The notes beneath the pieces were generated by a model. The model did not search any database and was not told the origin of the DNA. It saw nothing but the letters and a program-made list of their open reading frames with translations. A program made the position numbers and the translations under genes. This document shows positions 24,345 through 38,427 of a stretch of 64,000 bases of DNA, piece after piece. The first letter of the stretch is position 1. The number at the start of each line of letters is the position of its first letter. Source of the DNA: Lama glama (lineage: Eukaryota); the NCBI GenBank assembly GCA_028534125.1, contig CM052818.1:41418001-41482000 (forward strand), given 5' to 3'.

Positions 24345-24590
24345 ATCGTGGGTGCACTGAGCACTTTGTGTCAAGCAGGGCTCCGAATGCTCTGCATGCA
24401 TCACCCTGTTAAATCGTCACAGCACCCCCAAGACAAAGATGCAGTTATTAGCATCTATATTTGGCAGATGTGAAAAATGAGGCCCAGAGAGGTTGCGTAA
24501 CTAGCCCTAGGTCACACAGCTGGGGAGGGGAGGAGTGATGGGCCACATCCCCTGCTTGACCTTTGGCCCTGCCCTCAGATCTTGACGCCT
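24345..24590 (-). mobile_element. MIR SINE
   Basis: gagcactttgtgtcaagc...cagatgtgaaaaatgaggcccagagaggttgcgtaactagccctaggtcacacagct. Confidence 0.85.
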
Positions 24591-25329
24591 TGGTTTTCGT
24601 CCCTCTAAATTTAGCAGACTACCGTGGCTCCCAGCAAGACAGGAAGGTACAATAGCAACAAAAGATAGGAATAATAAGTGTTCTGGAAAGCCACAAAGAG
24701 AGACACAACAATGGTCAAAAGTGCAGCGAAGACTGTCCCTCACAAGGGCAGCGACCATCAACCATGCTGGGGACCTCGGGTTACGCTTGCTCGCACACTG
24801 AGAGTTCTTTGATGTCATGGTGTGAGTTCCACCATAAGGGAAAAAGAGTCTTCAGAGATGTGATTATATTTGTGTTTAAGAATACACTGATAAACCTGTT
24901 CTCCTAGCACACAGTTAAAATACACACTTTGCCGAACGTTCTCATCTGAAATAGACTGGAAACCTTAAGTCTGTTTGACTCTCGGGTTCCCGGAGTTCTG
25001 GAGCAGCTGTGACCTCGTGTACTTAATTCAAAACAGCTAGTACACATCAAATATCTACTATTTTCCAGGCACTGTGCTAGGTTTTACTCCTCACGTATAA
25101 GGGTAAATGACTCAAAATGTCTTCCATGCTGGAAAGGCTACATTCTAGCATAGCTGAATGTTGGCTCATCCTGTGCAGTCCAGTTGACTTATATATCAAC
25201 ACCAGATATGAGCTCAGTTCCTACTATGCCATCAAATATTATTTCACTAAGAACATAACATTCATATCCTGTTTAATAGGTCTACAGTGTATGGGTTGTA
25301 AAAAGAAGATACAGTCTTTCTGGCTGCCA

Positions 25330-25679
25330 TGTGATTTGCTTGTACCATGTCCCTTCTCACAGGATGAGAACACAGTTGATATGGAACTTGGCCATTTGCC
25401 CTGTTTAGCAAATGGAATGTGAGGAGAATAAAGCAGAAGCTTCAAAAAGCATCTCAAGCGTCTGCCTCGCTGACTCTCTTCCCTGTCGTGAGGAAGACAC
25501 ATTCCAGGAGGCAGCAGCCCCTTCAGCCCATGTCTCAGAATAAGAAATGTGGGGCAGCACCACGGATGCCAACCTGCAGCCCCTGACGTGTGACATAAGT
25601 GAGACACTTGCGGCTACACTTGACACTAAGCACTGAAATTTGGGGCTTATTTCTTACTGCAGCAACACTGACTGATACA
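25330..25679 (+). mobile_element. MLT1 (ERVL-MaLR) LTR, MLT1J-like
   Basis: cttggccat...aatggaatgtgag...gccccttcagcc...aagcactgaaatttggggcttatttcttactgcagcaacactgactgataca. Confidence 0.75.
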
Positions 25680-28600
25680 CCACCGGATGCTGTATTAAGT
25701 CATTTCATATTCGCAGGTATTAAGTTGAGGTCATCAAAGAAGGCTCCACATCCATTCTATGAAGGAGGCCCCGAGGGCCTAAGAGTGGTGAAGTGATGGC
25801 CCAAAATCAAATGGCCAAGAGATGAACAAAACTGTATACTTTATCACAGCCTAGTGTGATTGAAAACAAGACGGTCTCATCTTTGGTGTAAAAATCTCAT
25901 TTGCAAACCACGGACTGATGAACATACCAGCCAATCATAAAGATTTCATTGATCTCTGGTCGGTTCCTGATACCAGGGAATAATGGAGTCAAAGAAGATG
26001 AGAAAATACAATAAAAGAGATGAAGTGCTTCCATCTGCATTGAACTGAATGGGCTGCGAGCCTCAGCTCTCGTGGCTGAGAGGCGTTCTCTGGCCGCAGG
26101 AAGGCTTCCTGAGCTGGACAGCATGACAAATGTCCCCTGAGTGCCCATCACAGGCCTGGGGCCGGCACTGGGAATGGTGTGTTATTTCACCAGGAAATTC
26201 AAACATAAAGAGACCCTGACCTTAAAACCGAGTCAGGGACGTAGTCATCCAGGACAGAGGCTCACAGGATCTGAAAAGAGTGACTAATGCACTTGTCTTG
26301 TTCCCATTGTTTTAACCTCAAATCCTAGTGTTCTTTGTCTCAGCTTTATTCTCGACTTTCTCTCTTACTTTCACTTTTTTTAAAAAGCTCCTTTCAATGG
26401 GAATGGGTGAGTCACCTTGATCATTTATTTAGACACACTGCAGGCTCCGTCGGCGCTCTGCCCCGCTTGCTGACGTACGAGGCGCACGGTCTCCACTCTG
26501 CAGCGGCTGATCTGCTCACCAGAAAGCCCCATTTTCAGCAGCTATTTTGGGGTGGGAGGGGGCTGACAGAGCTGGCATCCTGCCTGCTGCTTTTGTTGGT
26601 TTCCTACCCTGACCCCAGCAGGCCGACTTCTGACACCTCCCTCCCCCGTTTACCCACAGGTGCCGTTTTCACATATCACCCCTGGCCTTTCACAGCCTGA
26701 GCCACAATCTTGGCCTTTTTTCTTCCATTAGTGTAATTTCCACCAAAAAAACAATCGGCCCCATGGTGTATAGGTAAACACAGACACGTGTGCGTTTGTA
26801 GAGCATTGCACTGAACTGCAGAAAGCAGGCGCTAATAAGAAGTCAGGAAAAGCAATTCTGAAAGCTGGAAGAAAGCCCAAATAGGCAGTCAGAGGCACAC
26901 AGGAGAAGCAACGTTTGAGAAGGATGGGAGTCGTGAACAAAGGTTAGACTTCACCCAAGCCTCTCACAGGTCCCGCGTTGTTATCAGAGGTCCCTCGTGG
27001 GCATGTTAGTAACACCCTGCAATGTGTACAGAGCTTTTTAACTTGTTTTCAAAGCTTGTAACATTCCTAATATCCCTGGGGGAGGGAAGCCTGCAGGACC
27101 AAAGGTCAAGTCCAACAGTGGGAGAAGAGATGAAGGCCCGGAAAGGCCGTCACTTGCCTTACACAGATCATTGGCAGGTACAGAAGTAACTCTCCATTCT
27201 TCTTTTTTTCCCTACTTCTTTTTTTTTTTGGCAAGGGTACTTCTAGATACAAAACATGGTTTCCTAGTATGACAAATGATTATACATTTTATTTCTTTTT
27301 TGTAACAAAGGATCTAGGCAACCCTAAAAACTTTGTGTATAGTCAGGAAAATGCTGGAGGTACACAGACTCACATGCAAAAACTTGCTACTTTAAAAAAT
27401 TCATATACATACCACCTTTTTTTAATATCAGGTATTGTGGCTTTCTGTCTCCCCACCTTTGAATATCTGCCACGTACATTTGAAGCCAAGTCATTCAAGT
27501 GATCTTATCCCACGTTCTTTGAAGGATGGTTTTTCTAGCAAGGCCCACAAAAGCTGTGTTGATCCTCTGTGTCCACACAAGCACCTAGCACGGTGCCTGC
27601 ACACTTCCGTCGGCAAAAAGGAGTTGTTGAATAATTTACAAGACTCATCTTTCCTTTTCCCCATTTTTATTTTTAAACAAAACCACCACCTGACACACCA
27701 GCAGGAAAGGAATCCCTTCCCTCCCAATTGTCACTAATGGCCACTCCATACTAGAACTATGTCACACTCACTTTGACACACACATACCTCGGGCTGGACA
27801 CCCAATTTCACCCAATTGTGCCTGGGTGGAATTCCCTAATGGCTCTCCAAAGACTTCAGAAGGTCCTCCAGCTTCCGCGTCCACTAATTGCTCTCCCTCC
27901 TCTCCGACTATTGGACCAACTGCTCTGAGCTGGGACAAACTGTTCTAAGTCTCCATTTGTCCCGAGGATGCAGGATTCAGATTGGGAGCGGATATGAAGG
28001 TGGGAGCTGACAGCCATGGGAGCGCCTGACCCCATGGTGTCCCGGGAGGGCCTCTGCACAGCCCTCCTCTCTCCCGACTTTAGCTGCATCTCCTAAGCTC
28101 TTTCTTTGCCTCCGAAGCAGCCCGGGCCTCTCAGAGACCAGCGTTCAGCTCCGTGAGGGAAACTCCCCACCAGGGAAAACGCTCTTTTCTTTCCTGAAAG
28201 GTCTCCAGAGACAAGGCCTTCCAGGTCCCCGGGGCCCCCCCAGCTACCCTGAGTCAGCACAGCAGGGAGTGGAAAGTCCTGGCTGGGCTCCTGACACGCT
28301 TTGAGGGTTTCTCGAGAGCCTCCCTGCTCCAGCCTGTGGTCGCCCTTTTGTAAACAGCAGTCCCGGCAGGGATCCGAGCGCTGCTAATCCCCAGGGATTT
28401 CTCGTGCAGCCCTCTTCCTCCGGACTCCAGTTAACACTCTCCTCCCCACGACTTCCACTCCCAGCTTGGTTCTGGGGCCTTATTCTTTCCCTGGAAACCC
28501 TCAGATGGTTGTCCAAAAAGGAATTGGCTAATTGGAGTTTAGAAGTGTGGTATGCCTTCAAAATTCCCATTTTTATCAAAAGAATTGTAAATAACTTTTC

Positions 28601-28849
28601 ATTAGACTCCTTGGCCTTAAGAGGGGAAAAAAAAGAAAAAAAGAGGGCAGAATTATCATAAATGCTGCCTCTCCCTCCACCCCAGGCTTGGCGCTAGGTG
28701 CTTGGGATGTGAAAACTATGGGTACTTGAGGCCTTTGGTCCACGGTGCACAGGCCAGTGTGGGGACAGACCAGTGGGAAAGGAGGCTGCAAAGATACAGC
28801 CAAGGGTCTTAGTCGGAGGGAGCCTCAGGAGAGAACCGAAATCACCAGC

Positions 28850-29350
28850 CAGTCCCTGGCTGTCTCCCTAACCTCCTCTCCTGCCACTTGTCCACCCTGC
28901 CACAGCCCCCGGCCTCTCTGCTGTCCCTGTTACGCCGGGTACATGCCACCCCAGGTTTTGCACTTGCTGACTCTCCGCCTAGAACACGTTTCCCCAAACT
29001 AGCTGCGTGGTTCACTCCTTCTCCCTCCCTCCAGCCTTCCTTCCCAACTTTAAATAGCAACACTTCCCCACCCCAGTTCCCCTGCCCACCTTACTCCACA
29101 CACCCATCTTTGCTTCATTTTCTTTCACGAACATGGGACCAGCTAATGCAAGATCCATTTTACCTGTTGATATGTTTATGGCCCATCTTTCTCCAATAGC
29201 ATATCAGCTCCATGGGGGCAGGGGTTTTGTGTGTTTGGTTCACTGCTGAAGCTGCAAATACAGACCCAGAGAAGTACCCGACTCACTGTAGGGGCTCAAT
29301 AAATGAGCTGAGCAAGTGGATGGATGACGGATGGATGGATGGATGGATGA
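28850..29350 (+). mobile_element. L2 3' end with (TGGA)n tail
   Basis: tttgcacttgctgactctccgcctagaac...cagctccatgggggcagggg...gttcactgctg...gtaggggctcaataaat, then (tgga)n at 29318-29349. Confidence 0.85.
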
Positions 29351-30169
29351 ACTTGGTGAGCACTTGGGGGAGGTTTCCAGGAGAATGAAATACCAGATGT
29401 GAATCTCAAAGAATCTGTTCGGGTAAAGAAAGAGCATCTTGGAAACAGCAGGCGGAACTCATGTGTGATCTTGGGTAAATCACATCACCGTGTTCTCTTC
29501 TGTAATATGAAGTTAATGCATAATATTGGCAAGTCTGCACTGAGCCAGGAAACTAGAAGAGGAGTCCGAGCCAGCTCAGATGAGCCAAGGACGGCACAGG
29601 CTGATGCAAGATGGGAAAAGACAAGAGGAAACAAGCCACACACAACCACCAGATCGGGCTCTAACGGCAGCAGACGGAGGCTGAGGAAGCCAGACACCGT
29701 GAGGGTGAGAGTCGGGGGGTCAGTTGGACTAGATTTCATGATGCAACAAGGGGATGCTCTGGTCCTAAACGAAAGGCCACATCCCAAGCCCCTACAGCAC
29801 CGTATTCTGAATCCTTAATTCACAAAGCAAGCCACAACCTCCCGTATGTCATCTGTCTTTGGGTAAATAATTGAATTTCCCTGAGTTTTGACCTCTATAA
29901 AATGAAGTCCACCACTTCTTCTCCCATTAAATGACTCATGAAAGTTTCTAGAACAGTGTCTGGCACTTGAGGAGTGAATGGAAAAGTCTGTTACGTGGAA
30001 ATCTATCATTTGCATGAAGTTTACATGAAGGTAGAGAGAGACATGGGACTCAACTCCGGAAGGAGGCAAAGGGCTCCAGCTGTGATGTATTTTCTGAGGC
30101 TTAAGCAGAACTGCGGCAGGAAAAAAAGATTTTCTTTTCCTAAAAAAATAAAATAAAACGGTGCCCTGG

Positions 30170-30365
30170 AAGCAGGGTGGACTGAGTGGTGTGGGAAAGT
30201 GCAGGATTTGAGAGCCAGGCAGACTTGGATCAAAACCGTGGTGCCCCATTTTCCAACCTATGTCTTAAAGCAAGTTTTTAAAACTGTCTTAGCTTCAGTC
30301 TTTCTCTGCGAAAGAGACAGAAATATATCTACCATGCCAGGCCGTCTGTAGGGTGAGAAATATAT
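30170..30365 (+). mobile_element. MIR SINE
   Basis: gagccaggcagacttggatcaaaacc...gcaagtt...gcttcagtctttctct. Confidence 0.65.
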
Positions 30366-31617
30366 ACAAACAGACAAGCAAAAGAGAATGAAGATGATAA
30401 TCATGGTTCTTAGCATAATTTAAAATGTGGCATACTTTGAAAAATGAGGGGCCATGTCGGTATGGTTAACCTATAAATAGCTAGGGATAAAAAATAACTC
30501 GTGTGCATATGTGATGACATATCAAGCATACTGGTGCTATTTTAGCTGATACGCGCGACTCAAATCTTTTTCTGAATTTGAGGTGGAACAGATAAATTTG
30601 CACAACCCACAGCCCTACCCGCAGGTTACTGAGTGGACAGTGTGAACGGGAAGCGGGTGTTGGGGCCTGGACACAGAGGGGTTCTAAAGGGAGGGGAAAG
30701 CAGAGGACACACACACAGCATTTCATCTCAGACACACCGGCTTGAACTTCCACACTCACCCCCAGTCTTGTGGGAGGAAACCCCCGAATCGAACCCACGA
30801 GGAGGAAGGTTCTGGGCTACTGAAACTGCAGGCCAAGGAACTGAGGCACAGAGAGAGAAAGGATGACAAAAGGGGGGGGGTTGGTGGGAGACTTCAACCC
30901 CCAGGGGACTCCCTGGACGGTGCTCTCTCCACCACCCACCCTGAGAGGTCTTCCTGATCCTCAGATGCTTAGTAAGCAAACTGCAAAAATCCTTAACCCC
31001 CGCCTCCCCCCCTTCCTCCTCCTCCCTCACGTCCAGCCTCCCGGCTCTGCTGAGCCCTGCCTGGGCCTGGCCTGGAAGAGCCTGGACCAGGAGACCGGGG
31101 ACCACCAGGTCACAGGGCGAAGGCAGCTGCAGCGTCTCTTCTGTGTTTCTCTTTCCCCTTCCCTTCCTTGTCTCTTGCATAACCTTTTCTTATCTTCCCC
31201 CAACCAGTTACTAAATGAAACTGAACATATTCCTAGGACTTTTTTTTTAAAAAACCCATATCAGGTTTTTCTCCTGTTTTTATTTTTAAAGTAGCATGGG
31301 CAAACGATTTGAGTCTTTTCAAATATGTATCAAATAAGCTCTGACTGGGGTCCAGGTTGCCAAAGCAGAAGGATTCGGTCTTTCTCCCTCAGAAAACATC
31401 ATTTCGTTGCTTCCTGCCAGTTAAGCTCAGAGCTGCCATGCTCAGTGGTCACTGGTCCCTGAAAGACAAAAGGTCCCTCAGCCCCGTGGGAGACCCTCAG
31501 TGGTCAGTTTCATTTGTGAGTTACACAAAGGCCAGGGGTCAGGCTGAAATGGAGCCCTGCCCAGAGGCCTTGACCCTGGCCTTGGCAGCACCGCCCAGGA
31601 TCTGAAAGGACCCCTGA

Positions 31618-31745
31618 ATACACACAGTCACACATAATCCACTCACACACATACCTATGCACATTCACATACACAGAACACACTGCACACACACTCACAC
31701 ACACTCACACAGACCAGCCACTCACACTCACATGCTCACACACAG
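31618..31745 (+). repeat. Degenerate CA-rich simple repeat
   Basis: Direct reading. Confidence 0.85.
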
Positions 31746-33229
31746 AAGTCCAGGCTTCTCGAATTTCTAAGGACCAGTCACCCCCAGAGGGACCCTCATC
31801 TCAGTGTGCCCCAGTGTCAACCACATTTACAGCTGCCTGGCGGCTCCCACAGTCTGTGCAAACTGCAGGACTTCAGGATCCTAAAATTCAAGGTCACTTC
31901 TCCCTTGTGGAAACCCCCTGGCCGCAGCCAGGGCCCCGGTTCCTGTCACGAGCTACTGCTGAGTGAGGAGCCCCTGGATGGGCAGGGCAGGTGCTCCCAG
32001 GGGGAGAGAACCATCAACTCTTTAAACCTCTCTCGATACTAGAGGGAACGTTCAACCTGGCGAAAGTCAGAATTATGATACATTCAGCGTAAACTCGAAA
32101 GATAAAGGCAGTGAGAGGGAGGCAGGTCAGTCCACAGGGCCCTTCACCTGAATCTATATTTCAACACTTCGGCCGCAGAGGTCCTAACAGGGACCTACTC
32201 CCTTCCTCCGGCAGACGTTGCACTGGTCCCGCTCTGTGATAGGGAACTTTGACTCTCCTTCCCGACACCCCCTTCACCCCATAACACAGCCCTGACTGTG
32301 GCCCCAGTAATGCAGAGTAGCTGCTGGCGCTGGCCAGACCTAGCAGGTCAATGGTCCCCTGCAATACAACTGATGAAACCCTCCATGGGCCCCCCCCCCC
32401 CCGGGCATCAGGGGAGGTGCCGGGGACCACAGTGAATCCCACACCAACAAGCCTAAGGCATCAGAGGATTGGCGTTTGAGAGAAGTGTAAAGGAAAGGCC
32501 CGGAGGAGACCACGGAAGCCTTTCCCCTCCCTCCAGGCTGCCTGGAGGCCGGATGGAAGCTTCCAGAACACAGCCAGGCAGGAAGCTCAGCGTTTGCGCT
32601 CTCTTTTGGGGCCCCGGGCTCTACTCACAGACTCTCAGAGAGACAGAGAGAGAATGAAAGAAGTAATTGATTTAGAAATGAAGTTTCTAGGGCACAGAGA
32701 AAGGCAACAGTGTGCCCAACACCCTCAGCAAGTCAACAACAGACCCATGATAAGAACGAAGACCTTCTCACGCCTACTGGGGCCTTTTCACTTCCCCATG
32801 TTCACTCTCCAAGCCCGCTTCCTCCTCTCAGGGCTAAAATGATGAGTAGGATTTAAAAATTCCCTCCAAAGATGAATGATGAAACTTAATTTTTTAAGCC
32901 ACACCAGAGCAAAAATTCCCAGCTTATTTTTAGCTCTATGGAATTTTTTCAAAAATACGTTGTACCAATGAAACTTTGGAAACTCTGCTTTAAGAAGTTT
33001 TTGTTGTTGTTTTGGTTTTGGTTTTGCGCCAAGCACGGTCATTTCATTTATTTCCTATTATTTAAACTGATGAAATATAAAACCGGCCAGGAAGGTATCT
33101 GATGAACACACGATGAACCACGTCACCACAGCATCTGGTACCAAGCAGACACGGGAGGGCCCCACCTGTGCCTTCCCAACTCGCCGACCCCAGTGATGCT
33201 GTGAGTTCCTCTGGGATTTCTGAATGAGA

Positions 33230-33515
33230 GCCACAAAAGCTTCTTTGAAACCCTATGCCTCCAAATTCAGAATTTTTCAGATTTTAGAAAGGTAATACAG
33301 GATATACATCATGGACTGTGCACCCCCAGCAAGGTCTGGAACACTCCTCCTCCTGATGAAAACCTTGTTCATCCTGTGTGAAATAAATAAAAACTAAAAA
33401 TAGTCTCATGTACCATCAGGCCAGCTCTTGCCTCCAAAAAATGAGTTATGAGAAAAAAACAACTTTGCATTTCAGCGCTTTTAGGGTGTTGGACTTGCAA
33501 ATAAGGGAATGTCAG
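33230..33515 (+). mobile_element. MER46C-like (TcMar-Tigger) element
   Basis: aattcagaatttttcagattttagaaaggtaatac...cacccccagcaaggtctgg...aaatgagttatgagaaaa...ttgcaaataagggaatgt. Confidence 0.82.
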
Positions 33516-33961
33516 AAAATAGCTCACAGTCCCATTTATCACTTCTGAAGGTACTTGAGGGCACAGATCCGAAACCTTAACTCTTCAGGAAAAAAAAATA
33601 CACACACACATATTTACAAAATAAAAGACCGGTGGGGAGATAGATTATATAGGAGGTGTGGTGCTGGATGCCCACTGGATTTTTATCCTTGTTACACTCA
33701 AGTGAACGGCACGGCCAGGTTCATTTCAAATATAAAATGAAGGCTTACGAGCTAGAAATTATAGGTCCAGAAGAGTGGGTCTGGGGGACGCTCTGTCAGG
33801 GCCAGTTCAGGAGCGTGTCTGTCACAGAAAGAAGTTCCCTGTTGTTTCTGATCTAAAATAACAAACAAGAAGCCTCAAGGAAGCAGACTAAACACTTACC
33901 AAACACATTTTCTTAAGAGATCAGGCAAAAAGGGGAAACTGACATATGCTTAACTCATCTA

Positions 33962-34403
33962 CAGGAGGACCTGCAGGAATTGTGGGGTTTGGTTTCAGAC
34001 CACCACAATAGAGTGAGTCACATGAATTTGGGGGTTTCCCAGTGCTTACAAAGTTATGTTCACATTATACTGCACACTGTTTAGTGTGTAACAGCATCGT
34101 GTCTAAAAAATGTGCATACCTTAACTTAAAAAATACTTTATTGCTAAGAAACGCTAACAATCATCTGAGCCTTCAGCAAGTTGTAGTAGTCACATCAAAG
34201 ACCACAGATCACCGTAACAAATACAAAAACAACGAAAAGCTTGAAATACTGCGAGAATTACCAAAACGTGACACAGAGACACGAAGTGAGAAAATGCCGT
34301 TGGAAAAATGGCGCGGAGTCGATCCGGTGGAGGGTTGCCATAAACTTTCAATTTGCAAAATACGTGGTATCTGTGAAGTGCAAAAAAAAACGAGGCGTGC
34401 CTG
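33962..34403. mobile_element. Internally deleted Tigger1 derivative (Tigger1a_Art-like MITE)
   Basis: Both Tigger1 ends joined near 34180: cagg...ttcagaccaccacaata...catctgagccttcagcaagt | gtcacatcaaagaccacagatcacc...aaaacgaggcgtgcctg. Degenerate TIRs; TA on the left, TG on the right. Confidence 0.9.
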
Positions 34404-34689
34404 TGTTCTTTGCCATCTTCCTGAGCCACAAGTATTAACTTCAGTTCAAAAACCAGAAAACTCACTAAGCCTAAGGCATCTGCGCAAGTTGGAAGAGCCA
34501 GGATTCCACCCAGGTCTGTGGGCCCAGGTGCACAGTCACCCTGCAGCCCCGGGAGGTTCTCACGGACCCTCTAAGTGCACATTTCACCTGCCTGGACCTC
34601 AAAGGGTTATCATCCAGTGCAGCTTTCCCAAGGCTGAATTCCTGAGTCCTCATCCCAGCTTCGGAAAAGCCTTTGGTCTTGTTCAATCC

Positions 34690-34780
34690 CTCTGTCTCTC
34701 TGTCTCTCTCTCTCTCTCCCTGTCTCTGTCTCAGTCTTTCTCTGTGTCTGTCTCACTGTCTCTCTCTCACTCTCTCTCTT
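34690..34780 (+). repeat. (TC)/(TCTG)-rich simple repeat
   Basis: Direct reading. Confidence 0.9.
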
Positions 34781-35399
34781 GACCTCAGTTTCTGTAAAAT
34801 AGAGGGATTAGACTAAAAGTGTTGTTCCAGCCTTGACAACACACAAGTCTGGCATCTGTAAGTCAAGACCATGGTTCGCCTGTGCCCGCATGACCTCCAA
34901 TGACCCCAGGGAGGTTCTGAAACATGAGTTGGCTCCATGGCTCAGCGAGGCCATGTGCTGCACACAGCAGAGCCCCCCACTCAGGACCACGGGGTGGCCT
35001 TCACCTCTGACGGACTGAGCTGAGCACACGATGCCCCGGAAGGACGTCAGTCCAACTCAGAGATACCACTTCCAGGGAAGCACTAGAAACACAGCCATAT
35101 ACGTAATTTTTATTTTTCCAGTTTCAAGGTGTGGAGACACATCTAGCTCTTTGAGATGAGGATTTTACTCAAGATAACGCACTTCTTAATTCCACACTTT
35201 TCACATATGGAGGGCTCTCATTTCCAGGGTGGGCGGTAGAGAGACACCACGCTCTGAGAGCACACAGGCATGGTTTCAGGTACCAGCGATGCGACCATCC
35301 CTACAGACACGACATTACGCAAGTTCCTTAACACAACAGAACCATAGAATGGGGATCTCTGTTTCAAAAGCTCTTTGGGGGATTGCTAAACATGGATAT

Positions 35400-35560
35400 T
35401 AAATGCTCATTATTCAGAAGATGCTGCTGCCGCCCACGTTTCACAGAGGGAAACGCAAGACTCAGAGAGATGAGATAACTTGTCAGAGCCCAGGCCGCCC
35501 TGGGTGGGCAGTGCAGGGTGAGACCCCAGGTCTCCTCTGCCTCTCTACTCCAGTGCCTGG
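35400..35560 (-). mobile_element. MIR fragment
   Basis: tttcacagagggaaacgcaagactcagagagatgagataacttgtc. Confidence 0.7.
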
Positions 35561-36182
35561 GATCCAGCCCCGTCATTGCTACCAGAAGAGCCTGAGTTTC
35601 GTTGCCAGTGGGAATGAGAGAGCTTGACGGTGTGCTGAGGTAGTCGTGTGTCTGCTCTCGTTCCTCATGATCCTAAAATGATTATGCACTTTAATTTATT
35701 CTAAAACCCGGAAATCATCAAACCAAATGATTTTCTTTAAAGGATGTTAACTTAAAACAGAAGCGCATACTGCAGTCGCTGAGCATCTGTGAGGCCAGCC
35801 CTCTGTATCCCAGTTGGTGGAGACCCTGGGACGTAGGAGTGAGCTGGTGACAGTCCCTCCCGCTCTGCTGAGCTCCTGCCTCCCTTCTGTCTCTTTTGCT
35901 GTCAGCCTTGACGCTCAACCATTTATCGGGATGTTCAATCAGACTTGGCTCCCTTGCTAGGAGGGAGAGCATGGCTTCTGTTTTTTGAAAACACGCCTGG
36001 TTCTCCCCATCCTAGCTCTGTCTCCGAAACCTTGCTGACTATGGCTGCCAGGCTCTGCTCCTTCACCCGTCACTTAGGGACAGAAGCCCAAGGGTTTATT
36101 AGCATCATCAGGCAGACGTGGATACGCCCTTCTAAGTCACCGAACCCAACCCTCCCATTTTACCAACAGTGAAAGTGAAGTA

Positions 36183-36991
36183 CAGAGTCTCCTCTAATCC
36201 TCAGGGGAGATGCCGGTGGAAACTGCGAATGGTACTGAACCTTACATATACCATGATTTACCCTATCTGCACGTGCCCACGATAAGGTTTAATTAATAAA
36301 TTAGTCACAGTAAGAGACTGACAACAACAAATAATATAATAGAACAATTATAATAAAAGTTGGAACTGTAATTAAAGTTATGTGAATGTGGTCTCTCTCA
36401 AAATAGCTCATTGTACAAATTTAATGCCTTTTCCTTCTTAACTGAACACGTCATGCACTGTGGCCGTGACTTTCGCAGTTTGAGGTATGATGGCAAACGG
36501 GTAGGAATTTCTTTCTCCTTCACGGTTTCATGGATAGAAGATTTGTTCTTACCATAGATCCTACCAACCTCAGCAAAGATTTTTTTTTTAATTTCTTTGT
36601 TAGGTTGAGAATTTTCACCTTTCCACTGAAAGAAAGCGCTTTATGGCTTCTCTTTGGCAGATCTGAATTGCCAGCATCACTACTCTTGGGCATTGGTGCC
36701 ACTACTGAGTAAAATAAGGGTTCCCTGAACACAAGCAATGCAACATCGCCACAGTCTATCTGATAACAGAGATGTGTGCTGAGTGACTAAGTGGGGTGAG
36801 ATACGCCGCACAAAGGGAAGATTCACATCCCAGGTGGGACGGAGCAGGAAGGGGCTAGATTTCATCACGCGACTTCGAACGGCACATGATTTAAAACGTA
36901 TGAATTGTTTATTTGGGGAGTTTTCCATTTAATATTTTCAGACCAAGGTTGACTGTGGGCAACTGAAACTAGGGACATGGAGGGGACCCTG
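36183..36991. mobile_element. MER44/Tigger7 family element with both ends and TA TSDs
   Basis: TA-cag...aaactgcgaatggtactgaacc...gataaggtttaattaataaattagtcacagtaagaga... and ...atattttcagaccaaggttgactgtgggcaactgaaac...ctg-TA. TA at 36181-2 and 36992-3. Confidence 0.9.
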
Positions 36992-38149
36992 TACAGAGAC
37001 CTGCTCCTCCTGCCCCACCCAGGCAGCAAGGAGCAGAGCTGAGGGCATAGCCGAGTCATTTGCCATCCAGGCTTCCAGGCTTCCTCTCCCTGCCCCGTGT
37101 CAGGTGTGATTCTGGTGCGCCACAGACAACAGCCAGAAAGACTGTGTTGCAATAAGGGTTGAAACAATTACATTTCCCACCCCCACCTCCACAACCTCAC
37201 ACGCTGCTCTATGACACTCTCCACGGTCCCCTGCCTTGGTGGGAGTGACAGCTACCTGCGGGCAGGGTCACCTCACTGTGTTCTGTCTAGCACGGCACAG
37301 GGCAAGAACCTGCCCGGTACACATGAGTTAAGTGAATGAATGAATGAGCGCATATTTATGCTTGTTCCATCATAAAACTGCAGTTCAACCCTTTGGGGGC
37401 ATTCCATTTCCCCAGTCTCATTTTAAAGATCTAATTATCTATGCCATATAGAATTTTTATTAGAAAATGAAGTCATTAAATAAGCAGACACCAGACTCAG
37501 GCCCTGAGATGATTGCAGATAGAAACAGATCCATCTGCAGAGCTAAGCTGGACTGGGTAAGCACACTTGCTGGCAAAAAAGGCACAGTTTTCAGCTCTTG
37601 GATTCATTGGGTTCCCAAACCAGGGAAATAAGGCTTCGAAATTACCCAAGGAAGGCTGGGAGCGAGCAATTCTGTGATTGCTTTTCTACCTCCATCTGCC
37701 TAGACATGAGATATACTGACCGACTGAATCCCATCCACTCCTGCATTTGAAGAGCCACCAGCTCACATCTTCTGACCTTCTTGCTTCCGTCCCTATACTG
37801 CTGGGAGGCATCTGTCATGCTTTCCGTTCAGACATTCAGTTACAAAACCAGTTCAATTTATTTCAGCAACAAACCAGGAACTCCTCCTTGTGCAAAGGAA
37901 GCCACTTTGAGCATCATCAAACATTTTCTTTTCACTCGGACATGCCAAACTCCTGTCCATCACTTCTAGGAATGAAGCCTTAGCCAACATCAGAAAGCCT
38001 CGTTAATGCTGTGCTGAGAGCAAAAATCTAATAAAGTCTCTAAATATTTACTATGAGCCTGAGTTATAGCCTTGACCAGTTCCACATCCAGTAAAATCTG
38101 CTCACATTCCCCAAACACAATTATTTTAGGTCACTGACATGCCAGCCAA

Positions 38150-38345
38150 GGAAATGACGAGACTGTGTACTCTGGCACGAAGAGCAAGGAGGACTCGTTT
38201 TAAATTCTGGCCCTACCCCTTACTAGCTGCCGGCCGCTGTGCAAACGACCTGACCCTTCTCGGTTTCCTTAACTGTCAAAAGGGGACAGAAATACTAATG
38301 TCACAGAGTTGCAGTGATGATTGGAGAAAATGTCGGTACATATAT
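38150..38345 (+). mobile_element. MIR SINE
   Basis: tttaaattctggccctaccc...ttactagctg...ctcggtttcctt...ctgtcaaaagggga. Confidence 0.7.
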
Positions 38346-38427
38346 ATGGCAACTTAAAAAAAATAAAAGGAAGCTAAACATCCCCAGGATTAAAAAAAAA
38401 TTGGAGCAGTCATTTTAAAGTGTTGTC

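Noticed and set aside
34042..34782. 246-aa ORF
   Set aside because: Non-ATG start. It runs through a Tigger1 MITE, unique DNA and a (TC)n repeat; no transposase or other domain is recognisable.
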